Shown piece after piece: positions 56,158-64,000 of a stretch of 64,000 bases of DNA. The first letter of the stretch is position 1. Every line of letters starts with the position of its first letter. The position numbers and the translations under genes were made by a program. The notes below the pieces were generated by a model. The model was not told the DNA's origin, did not search any database, and worked only from the letters and a program-made list of their open reading frames with translations. This DNA comes from an uncultured Chloroflexia bacterium (GTDB taxonomy: Bacteria; Chloroflexota; Limnocylindria; Limnocylindrales; CSP1-4). The DNA lies in the NCBI GenBank assembly GCA_963712745.1, contig CAVQJC010000002.1, forward strand, positions 32,001 to 96,000, in the 5' to 3' direction.

Positions 56158-57399
56158 CTACGAGGCCGCTGCTGGTGAGGGTTCGCCCCTCGCGTTGGTC
56201 TGGCCACCGGCGGGCAGTCGTTCGCCGCGCAGGTGGGCCGGTGTGAAGAGCTCGCGCAGGACCAGGCTGGCCGCTCCGCGTGCCCACGCTTCGTCGCCCC
56301 ACGGCTCGAAGACGAGGTCGGGCTCGACTTCGGGCAGGAGGCCCTGGTGGATCCCGTCGCGGATCCCATCGAGATAGTTGTGGCCCAGTCGGACACCCTC
56401 GCCTGAGACCACGACACGCTGTGGGTCGAGCAGTGTGATGGCGTTCGCGACCGACCGGCCGACCAGCCGTCCGGCTCGGCTGAGGAGGCCAGCGATGCCG
56501 GCGTCGCCGTCAGCGGCCGTCGCCAGCTCGCCGGGTGGGATGACCTGTCCGGTCGACGCGAGGACGTCGCGCACGATCGCCGGCTCGGCCGCTTCCGCCT
56601 CGAGACAGCCGCGTTTGCCGCACCAGCACTCGTGCCCGTCAGCCACCACCTCCACATGGCCGATCTCGCCGAGCGCGCCGCGGGCGCCACGAGCGATGGC
56701 GCCGTCGATTACCACACCCATGCCGATACCGCGACCGACGGAGATGACCAAGAGGTAGTCGCAGCCACGTCCGGCGCCGTAGAGATGCTCGGCGACGGTC
56801 AGGGTGTTGACGTCGTTGTCGATGAGAACCGGCACGCCGAGTCGCGACTCGAGCGTGGCCGCGAGATCCCAGCCGACCCAATCGGGCAGCGGCGAGCGAC
56901 TCGCGTCGCCGGTCGCGGGGTCGATGGCTCCGGGCATCCCTACACCCATGCCGAGCGGCCGTTCGCCGACCAGTCCGGCCTCACGTTCCAGCTGCTGCAG
57001 GGCCAGGCGGAGCAATCCGACGATCTCGTCGAGCGAAGCCTGCGAGCGGTGCGGCAGCGAGACCATGGCCTGCGGCTGGGCATCGAGGTCGGTGATCGTG
57101 GCGGTCAGCGACTCAGGGGCAAGCTTGACGCCCACGACGTGGCGAGCAGCGGGATCGACCCGCAGGAGCGTCGCCGGACGGCCGACGGACCCGCTACGGT
57201 CGCGGTCGCGCGAGCCTGGTCCCTCCTCCACCAGCAGCTCGTCTGCGAGGAGCGAGGCCGTGATGGAGGTGACCGTCGAGGGGCTGAGCCCAGTGATGCG
57301 AGCGATGTCAGCACGCGAGATGGCACGGCGCTCGCGCACGAGATTCAGGACGAGGGCACGGTTCAGGTCGCGAATCAGTTCGCGTCGTCCGGTTCGCAT
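56158..57399 (-). CDS. ROK family transcriptional regulator
   Basis: ISRADIARITGLSPSTV HTH, GRP, DNDVN, GEIGH, CWCGKRGCLE. Confidence 0.93.
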   Translation of the reverse strand: MRTGRRELIRDLNRALVLNLVRERRAISRADIARITGLSPSTVTSITASLLADELLVEEGPGSRDRDRSGSVGRPATLLRVDPAARHVVGVKLAPESLTATITDLDAQPQAMVSLPHRSQASLDEIVGLLRLALQQLEREAGLVGERPLGMGVGMPGAIDPATGDASRSPLPDWVGWDLAATLESRLGVPVLIDNDVNTLTVAEHLYGAGRGCDYLLVISVGRGIGMGVVIDGAIARGARGALGEIGHVEVVADGHECWCGKRGCLEAEAAEPAIVRDVLASTGQVIPPGELATAADGDAGIAGLLSRAGRLVGRSVANAITLLDPQRVVVSGEGVRLGHNYLDGIRDGIHQGLLPEVEPDLVFEPWGDEAWARGAASLVLRELFTPAHLRGERLPAGGQTNARGEPSPAAAS

Positions 57400-57425
57400 C
57401 TGCCCTGGTAGCCCTCCACGGCACC

Positions 57426-57480
57426 TATTCATTCGGTCGTCGAACGAAATAATCGTACCAAGGGCGGGAAGCCGTGTCCA
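57426..57480 (-). promoter_or_regulatory. Sigma70-like promoter and ROK operator candidate
   Basis: Minus strand TGGACA-17 nt-TACGAT; imperfect inverted repeat TATTCATTCG-N5-CGAACGAAATA at 57426-57451. Confidence 0.55.
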
Positions 57481-57548
57481 GTGATCGAGGCAGCGGTCGC
57501 CCCCGCGAGCACGGAGGAGGCGATCGCATGGCCTGGCTTCTTCTCGGG

Positions 57549-58120
57549 TTCTCGCGCAGCGGGCCACCTCGACCGCGCGTGGTCGGCGTGCTGCGTCCAG
57601 CAGGACAGATGCGCACGGTCTTCCCGCTGAGCGAGACGCTGTGACGATCTATGCCGCCAGGCGCGAAGGATCGGGCCGGGAGCACGTCCCGAGGGTCGCG
57701 GGGGCGCGATGCACCTCGCGTTGGCCCGCTGAACGGGAGCGTCCCCAAGCCGACCCGGCGGACCCCCGGTCGCATCAGCCCTGGCCGACCGGCGGACCCC
57801 GGCAATTCCCGGATACCGGGCCGCTTCGGCCCAGTCCGCCATCAGGCCGATCGGACCCGAACCGTCACTGGGCCCAAGGCAGGCGCCGAGCGCACCGAGC
57901 ATCGCCGATGCCGGCTCTGCTGACCGTCTTCCCGCTGAGCGGGCCAACTCGACCGCAGATGCACGGGATGACGTGTCCAGCAGGTCAGATGCGTCGGCCC
58001 TTGCCGCTCAGCGGGACATCGTGTCGATTCCTGCCGCGACGCGGCGAGGATGGGACCGTCGGTACCTTCCGGGTGTGGTCGAGGGTGCGGAGCACGTCGC
58101 GTTGTCCCGCTGAACGAGAA
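57549..58120. repeat. Cluster of six REP-like palindromes (CCCG-YTSAR-CGGG family)
   Basis: Cores near 57549, 57621, 57721, 57929, 58001 and 58102; 57549-57650 and 57929-58030 are diverged copies of each other. Confidence 0.75.
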
Positions 58121-58221
58121 CGACCCACGACGGGCGCCGGCCGGCACCGGGCCCAGGGCGGGTCCCGGGCGGAACGGGGGCGGCGCGTTCCACCGGCAGC
58201 GCCGGGGTAGACTCGGCCCAC

Positions 58222-59241
58222 ATGTCTCTCGTCGCCCTCGACGGGCTCACCAAGCGCTTTCCTGGGGGCGTCACCGCGCTCGATGGACTGACGCTGACCA
58301 TCGAGCCGGGGATCGTCGGCCTCGTCGGCGCCAACGGCGCGGGCAAGTCGACGCTCATCAAGATCCTGCTCGGGCTGCTCGAGCCGACCAGCGGGTCTGC
58401 CCAGGTGCTCGACCTCGACGTGGCCACCCAGGGCCTGGCCATCCGCCAGCTGGTGGGCTACATGCCCGAGCACGACTGCCTGCCCAACGACATCTCGGCC
58501 AGCGACTTCGTCAATCACATGGCGCGCATGTCCGGCCTGCCGCGGGCCTCGGCTCGCGAGCGCACCGCCGAGGTGCTCCGCCACGTAGGCCTGTTCGAAG
58601 AACGGTACCGGCCGATGGGCGGCTACTCCACGGGCATGAAGCAGCGCGTCAAGTTGGCCCAGGCGCTGGTCCACGACCCGCGGCTGCTCTTCCTCGACGA
58701 GCCCACGAACGGGCTCGACCCGGCCGGTCGCGATGACATGCTGGACCTCATCGAGCGCACCGGCACAGAGTTCGGCATCGCCATCGTCATGGCCAGCCAC
58801 CTGCTGGGCGAGATCGAGCGCGTGGGCCAGTACCTGGTGGCCATCGACGCCGGGCGCCTGCTGCGCGCTGCAGAGCTGCACACCTTCACCCAGCGCACGG
58901 GCACGCTCATCGTCGAAGTGGACGACGGGCACGAGGCGCTGGCCGGCAAGCTGACCGAGGCCGGCCTGACCGCCGTGGTCGATGGCAGCCACGTGCTCGT
59001 CGAGCTGCGCGGCGACGAGACCCACGACCAGGTGCTCGACGCCGTCGTGGAGCTGGGCCTCGCGCTCATCCGCGTGCAGCCCCGGCGCAGCAGTCTCGAG
59101 GACCTGTTCCGCGACAGCAAGCCAGGCGACGACCCGATCGACGACAGCAAGCCGGGCGACGACAGCGACGACGAGGCGGACGCCGCCATCATCGGCCACG
59201 GTGACAACAAGACTGCCGGTCTCGGAGTTCCGCAGCCGTGA
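58222..59241 (+). CDS. ABC-2 transporter ATP-binding protein
   Basis: [23 protein letters not shown]. Confidence 0.93.
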   Translation: MSLVALDGLTKRFPGGVTALDGLTLTIEPGIVGLVGANGAGKSTLIKILLGLLEPTSGSAQVLDLDVATQGLAIRQLVGYMPEHDCLPNDISASDFVNHMARMSGLPRASARERTAEVLRHVGLFEERYRPMGGYSTGMKQRVKLAQALVHDPRLLFLDEPTNGLDPAGRDDMLDLIERTGTEFGIAIVMASHLLGEIERVGQYLVAIDAGRLLRAAELHTFTQRTGTLIVEVDDGHEALAGKLTEAGLTAVVDGSHVLVELRGDETHDQVLDAVVELGLALIRVQPRRSSLEDLFRDSKPGDDPIDDSKPGDDSDDEADAAIIGHGDNKTAGLGVPQP

Positions 59242-60173
59242 CCGCCACACCCGCGGACCGTCGGCCCGAGGCCGGACGCGGCGGCTCCATCTACGACCTC
59301 GGCTATCGCGGCTACGAAGGCCCCCGCCTGGGGCGTCGAGCGGCTATCTGGGCGCTCCTGGCCCACAGCGTGCGCACGGCCTACGGTTTCGGCCGCAGCG
59401 CTCGCTCCAAGGTCATGCCGGTGGGCCTCGCGGTCATGGCGGTGCTGCCCTCGCTGCTGGCCCTGGGCATCCTCATGCTCATCTCCACCCTGGGCCCCCC
59501 GGGCGAGGCGCTCGAGGCCATCTCGCCGGTGCAGTACTCGACGCTCTTCCCCATGATCGCCACGCTCGTCTTCCTCTTCTGCGCCTCGCAGGCGCCGGAG
59601 CTCTTCGGCCGTGACCAACAGATGGGCGTCCTGCCGCTGTACTTCTCGCGAGCGGTCGGCCGCCTGGACTACGCCATCGCGCGCTTCCTGGGCCTGTTCC
59701 TCTCACTTCTGGTGCTGGTGCTGGTGCCCTACCTGCTGCTCCTGCTGGGGCGTGTGCTGGTGGCGCCGGACCTCTTCGACGGACTGGCCGACGAACTGCC
59801 CAGCGTGCCTACCGCGCTGATGGTGGGGTTCTCCATCGGCACGCTCGTGGGCAGCATCTCAGCAGCGGCAGCCTCACTGACACCACGTCGCTCCTACGCG
59901 ACCGTGGCCATCATCGCCGTCTTCCTCATCCCCAACATCGCCGCGGCCATGCTGGTGGGCCTCGAGGCCGGCATCGTCGGCCAGGTCGCCACGCTCCTCA
60001 GTCCAGCCGATGTGCTCGACGGCGTGAACGCCTTCCTCTTCGACGTGCCGGCGGAGAACATCACCGTGCGACGGGCCGGACTCGAGGGGTGGGCCTACGT
60101 CGTGGCCTCCATCGCCTGGATCGTGGGCTCGCTGGCCGTGCTGGCCCGACGCTACCTGCGGATGGCGCTATGA
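59238..60173 (+). CDS. ABC-2 transporter permease
   Basis: [20 protein letters not shown], six TM helices. Confidence 0.88.
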   Translation: MTATPADRRPEAGRGGSIYDLGYRGYEGPRLGRRAAIWALLAHSVRTAYGFGRSARSKVMPVGLAVMAVLPSLLALGILMLISTLGPPGEALEAISPVQYSTLFPMIATLVFLFCASQAPELFGRDQQMGVLPLYFSRAVGRLDYAIARFLGLFLSLLVLVLVPYLLLLLGRVLVAPDLFDGLADELPSVPTALMVGFSIGTLVGSISAAAASLTPRRSYATVAIIAVFLIPNIAAAMLVGLEAGIVGQVATLLSPADVLDGVNAFLFDVPAENITVRRAGLEGWAYVVASIAWIVGSLAVLARRYLRMAL

Positions 60174-61099
60174 CCGGCAAGCGGACTCCCATCGCGATCT
60201 CGGTAGAGCACACTTCGCGCTGGTACGGCGACGTGGTCGCGGTGAACGACATCTCGTTCGAGATCGGCCCGGGCGTGACCGGCCTGCTCGGGCCCAACGG
60301 GGCGGGCAAGACGACGCTGCTGCACATGATCGCGGGACTCATGTCCCCCTCGGCCGGATCGGTGCTGGTTGGCGGCAAGCCCACCTGGCGGCGGCCGGCC
60401 GTGTACCGCCAGGTCGGCCTGGTGCCCGAGCGCGAAGCGGTCTACCCGTATCTGACGGGCCGCGAGTTCGTCCTGCTCAACGCCAAGCTGCACGGGCTCC
60501 CCGACACGGAGGCGGCAGTCGAGCGAGCCATCGAGCTGGTCGATCTGGGCCCTGCCGCCGATCGTCGCGTGGGCACCTACTCCAAGGGCATGCGTCAACG
60601 CATCAAGGTCGCGGCAGCGCTCGTGCACGACCCCTCGGTGCTGGTGCTCGACGAGCCCTTCAACGGCATGGACCCGCGCCAGCGGCTGCACATGTTCGAG
60701 CTGCTGCGCACGATGGCCGAGGAAGGCCGGACGGTCCTGCTCTCGTCGCACATCCTGGAGGAGGTCGAGCGCATCGCCGACTCCGTGCTCGTCATCTACG
60801 CGGGGCGGCTCGCCGCCTCGGGTGACTTCCGCTCCATCCGCCAGCTCATGACCGACCGGCCCCACGCCTTCTCCGTGCGCTCCTCGGACGACCGGCGCCT
60901 GGGCTCGATGCTGCTGGCGGAGACGTGCGTCTTTGGCGTCGAGCTCGATGCCAACGGTCTCAGGGTGCGGACGTCCGACTACGGAGAGTTCACCCGTCGC
61001 ATGCCGGTCGTGGTGCGCGACGCGAACATCCGCCTGTTCGAACTTCGGCCGACCGATGACTCGCTCGAATCGGTCTTCGCCTACCTGGTGGGCCGATGA
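60170..61099 (+). CDS. ABC-2 transporter ATP-binding protein
   Basis: GPNGAGKT, YSKGMRQR, VLDEP, SSH. Confidence 0.93.
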   Translation: MTGKRTPIAISVEHTSRWYGDVVAVNDISFEIGPGVTGLLGPNGAGKTTLLHMIAGLMSPSAGSVLVGGKPTWRRPAVYRQVGLVPEREAVYPYLTGREFVLLNAKLHGLPDTEAAVERAIELVDLGPAADRRVGTYSKGMRQRIKVAAALVHDPSVLVLDEPFNGMDPRQRLHMFELLRTMAEEGRTVLLSSHILEEVERIADSVLVIYAGRLAASGDFRSIRQLMTDRPHAFSVRSSDDRRLGSMLLAETCVFGVELDANGLRVRTSDYGEFTRRMPVVVRDANIRLFELRPTDDSLESVFAYLVGR

Positions 61100-61821
61100 T
61101 CGGACGCTGGCCCATCGTGGCCCTCACGCTGCGGGCGCTGCTCGACCGCAAGCGCACCTGGCTGATGATCGGGCTCGCCGCCATGCCTGTGCTGTTGGTC
61201 GCGCTGGCGGTCGCGCTGGGCCCTGCCGAGATCGAGGCCGACGACTTCGACTCCATCATCATCGCCACCATCCTGCCGCTCATCGCGCTCGTCTTCGGCA
61301 CCTCGGCCATGGGTCCGGAGCTCGAAGAAGGCACCATCATCTACCTGCTCAGCAAGCCCATCCGGCGCCTCCGCCTGGTGACCGCCAAGTCGGTCGTGGC
61401 GGCAGCCTTGACGGCGGCCCTGGTCGCCCCGGCCACGCTGCTGGCCGGGCTCGTCGCCACGCTCGGTGGGAGCGATGTGGCGGGAGTAGCGGTCGCGTAT
61501 GCAGTGGCCGCAATGGCCGGTGGGGCTGCCTACGCGGTCGTGTTCCTGGCGGTCAGCACGTTCACCCGCTGGGCCCTCATCGTGGGCTTGCTCTACGTGC
61601 TGCTGTGGGAGGGCTTCCTGGCCGACCTGCTGCCCGGCACCAACACGTTCTCCATCCGGCAGGCCACCCTGGGCGTGGCCCGCGAACTCTCGGGCGAGCG
61701 CGTCCCCCCCGATGCCGCCACGCTCGAACAGGGCCTGCTGACCCTGACGCTGACCATCCTCGCTGCCCTCGCCGTGGCGACCTGGCGCATGTCGCGTTTC
61801 CAGCTCCGCGGAGGCGACTGA
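61096..61821 (+). CDS. ABC-2 transporter permease
   Basis: ELEEGTIIYLLSKPI; TM helices. Confidence 0.88.
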   Translation: MIGRWPIVALTLRALLDRKRTWLMIGLAAMPVLLVALAVALGPAEIEADDFDSIIIATILPLIALVFGTSAMGPELEEGTIIYLLSKPIRRLRLVTAKSVVAAALTAALVAPATLLAGLVATLGGSDVAGVAVAYAVAAMAGGAAYAVVFLAVSTFTRWALIVGLLYVLLWEGFLADLLPGTNTFSIRQATLGVARELSGERVPPDAATLEQGLLTLTLTILAALAVATWRMSRFQLRGGD

Positions 61822-61875
61822 TCCCCATCGCTGACCACCAGGCGCCGCCTGCGGGCTACCGAGCGGCGCCTGCGC

Positions 61876-63102
61876 CTATGCCTGGTAGCTGAAGTCCTCG
61901 GGGAAGGTGACGGCGCCTTGCCACCAGGCGGCGACATCCTCGGATGAGGCCGTGCCCAGGTCGATCGGATCCCAGATGAAGGCCTGCTCCATCTGGTCGC
62001 CGAGCGCCAGGAGCCGTGCGCCGAGGCGAACCTGCTCATCACTCCAGGCGGCCAGGGCCGCATCAAGGTCGTCAGTGCGCCCGAGCTCGGGCAGCAGCCC
62101 GCTCACGTTCTGGTAGCCCTTGAACACGCCCGACCCAGTGAAGGGCTGCGCGACCACGCCCGAGTCGCCGATGACGCACATGCGACCCCTCGCGTAGGTC
62201 GACAGCTGCGCGGTGTAGATGAGCTGGACGAACGTGTCCCTCGTCTTGCCGATCATGCGGCCGTGCCAGTCGGGCAGGTTCTGCCGCATCAGCGCCTTGA
62301 GGCGGGCCTCCTCGTCGAGCCGCATGGCCCCCGGCGGGATGGAGCCGTGACGCTCGCGACCGTCGCGGTCGACCATGAACGCCGCCACCTCCTCCTCTGC
62401 CAGCGGGATGTAGCAGGCCCAGTTGATGGTGCGGTCCCCGGCACGTGCCGAGCCATCGGAGCCGGGCACGAAGTAGGCGGTGGCGTTGCCGGGCAGGTCG
62501 GCATACGAGAGGCGAGGAACGTCATTGCCCAGCGGAGCATCGGTGACGGCCGATTCGGGCAGCAGACCGCGCCAGAGCATGTAGCCGCGGTACTCCAGCT
62601 CCGTCCCGGGAGAGACCAGCCCCCGGCCGACCGACTGGTAGCCGTCCGCGAAGAGGACCAGGTCGAAGCGGTCGGCGCTGCCGTCCTCGAAGGTCACGTC
62701 GACCGCCTCCGAGCCGACCGCCTCGGCGCCGCTGACGGCGATTCCCTGGTGATAGATGTCGTCGGGGATACGCCGGCGCAGCTGACCCCAGAGCTCGGTC
62801 CACTGGAAAGTGCGCATGTCGAGGGGGATGGCGAACGGCGAGCGGCCGACCGAGGGCTCCTGAGGCGTGCGCACGATGAAGGGCATCTTGCCCGACTTGA
62901 TGTGGGGCATATGGAGGTCGATGATGTCCCGGTCGACCAGCTCCTCGTACATGGGGCCGGTCGTGGCGATGCCGCCACCTCGCCCCACGAGGCCTCCGCG
63001 CGAGCGCTCGAACACGCGTACATCGTGACCGGCACGAGAAAGCAGGATGGCTGCCGAACAGCCCGCGATGGATCCCCCAACGATGCCGATCGAAAGGCGC
63101 AT
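61876..63102 (-). CDS. FAD-dependent monooxygenase (2,6-dihydroxypyridine 3-monooxygenase-like)
   Basis: IVGGSIAG, ADGYQS, YRGYMLWRG, IGDSG...PFTGSG. Confidence 0.85.
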   Translation of the reverse strand: MRLSIGIVGGSIAGCSAAILLSRAGHDVRVFERSRGGLVGRGGGIATTGPMYEELVDRDIIDLHMPHIKSGKMPFIVRTPQEPSVGRSPFAIPLDMRTFQWTELWGQLRRRIPDDIYHQGIAVSGAEAVGSEAVDVTFEDGSADRFDLVLFADGYQSVGRGLVSPGTELEYRGYMLWRGLLPESAVTDAPLGNDVPRLSYADLPGNATAYFVPGSDGSARAGDRTINWACYIPLAEEEVAAFMVDRDGRERHGSIPPGAMRLDEEARLKALMRQNLPDWHGRMIGKTRDTFVQLIYTAQLSTYARGRMCVIGDSGVVAQPFTGSGVFKGYQNVSGLLPELGRTDDLDAALAAWSDEQVRLGARLLALGDQMEQAFIWDPIDLGTASSEDVAAWWQGAVTFPEDFSYQA

Positions 63103-63174
63103 GGCCCTCCCCTGTGCGCGTATGTCCGCGACACCTTGCTCGATTCGCAGATGGAACGCAAACTCAGGGGCACC

Positions 63175-63645
63175 ATGACACAACAGCGCACGACACCCGG
63201 TGGCGCCGCATCCGCCGGGCCGATGTCGATGCTCACCTGCAGCCAATGCGGCAAGAAGAACAAGATCCGACCCGCCGAACGCGGCTCACCGCATTGCGGT
63301 GCCTGTGGCCAGCCGTTGCCCTGGCTGGTCAACGCCACCGACGCGACGTTCGCCTACGAAGCGCGCTCGTCGGTGGCCATCCTCGTGGACCTGTGGGCGC
63401 CGTGGTGTGGCCCCTGCCGCGTGGTGGGTCCGATGCTCGAGAACCTGTCGAAGGAGTACGCGGGGCGCATCAAGGTGGTCAAGGTGAACGTGGACGAGAA
63501 CCCGGGCCTGGCCCAGCAGTTCGGGGCCACCTCCATCCCGACCATGGTCGTCATCAAGGGCGAGCGCGTGGTCGACCGGATCGTGGGCGCGCTGCCACCC
63601 AACGACCTCAAGATGCGGCTCTTCCCGTACCTGATGAGGACCTAG
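63175..63645 (+). CDS. trxC: Thioredoxin 2-type protein with an N-terminal zinc site
   Basis: CSQC...CGAC zinc motif and WCGPC active site. Confidence 0.9.
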   Translation: MTQQRTTPGGAASAGPMSMLTCSQCGKKNKIRPAERGSPHCGACGQPLPWLVNATDATFAYEARSSVAILVDLWAPWCGPCRVVGPMLENLSKEYAGRIKVVKVNVDENPGLAQQFGATSIPTMVVIKGERVVDRIVGALPPNDLKMRLFPYLMRT

Positions 63646-64000
63646 GCGTCCGGTGCTGCGGTCGGCTCGGCCGTGGCCTCCTCGGTTCCCGGTGACGCTT
63701 CGGCGGCACTGTCTGTCGTCTCGTCGATGGCCGGGCTCTCGGCTGCCTGGGCGCAGCTGAGATCACCGGCCACCAGGCCATCGAGTCCGTCACCGGTCAG
63801 CACCCCGGCTCGGCCGGTGAGTGACGACGCGTCGATGATCGACTCGCCGGCGGGCGTCCTGAGCTCGAGCTCGTCGGCCAGCGCGAACGTCCACTGGCCC
63901 GCGGGAGCTTCGAACGACAGGGAGACGGCATTGCCGGCCGGTGAGACCGAGAGCTCGCCGGTGACGGTCGTCGGCTCGGCATCGCCGGCCACCGGGTCGA
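63642..64000 (-). CDS. C-terminal part of a hypothetical (probably exported) protein; start lies outside the window
   Basis: Open frame to the right edge with an acidic Ala/Pro/Thr-rich tail. Confidence 0.55.
   Translation of the reverse strand, partial: DPVAGDAEPTTVTGELSVSPAGNAVSLSFEAPAGQWTFALADELELRTPAGESIIDASSLTGRAGVLTGDGLDGLVAGDLSCAQAAESPAIDETTDSAAEASPGTEEATAEPTAAPDA

Noticed and set aside
59113-59163. 30-bp repeat at the 3' end of the ABC ATPase
   Set aside because: Low-complexity acidic tail (DSKPGDD x2) with no sign of separate function.
62263-63174. Long N-terminal extension on thioredoxin
   Set aside because: Antisense to the FAD monooxygenase; the real start is near 63175.

Overview
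A 64-kb window from a high-GC bacterium. Gene content and style suggest Chloroflexota, possibly Limnocylindria/Ellin6529-like; this is inference only. Housekeeping and metabolic genes include glnS (cut by the left edge), a PBP1A, tRNA-Ser(GCT) and tRNA-Arg(GCG), an aroE-like gene coupled to a HAL2-like phosphatase, and a trpD-trpCFB-trpA operon in which TrpC, TrpF and TrpB form one 940-aa polypeptide. There is also a ROK/ABC/GH15/GH66 alpha-1,6-glucan utilisation operon and a four-gene ABC-2 exporter. The most striking region is 21.7-33.9 kb, downstream of tRNA-Arg. Four type II toxin-antitoxin modules and other cargo are separated by degenerate tRNA 3' halves: three (possibly four) tRNA-Thr-like fragments with a conserved hairpin and tail, and one 39-bp copy of the resident tRNA-Arg 3' half. 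No integrase is present in the window. A short palindromic REP-like motif forms two clusters (47.7-48.2 kb and 57.5-58.1 kb). Several deletion scars and gene remnants and two single-base frameshifts are also visible. All protein calls come from motif recognition by eye; no database searches were run.
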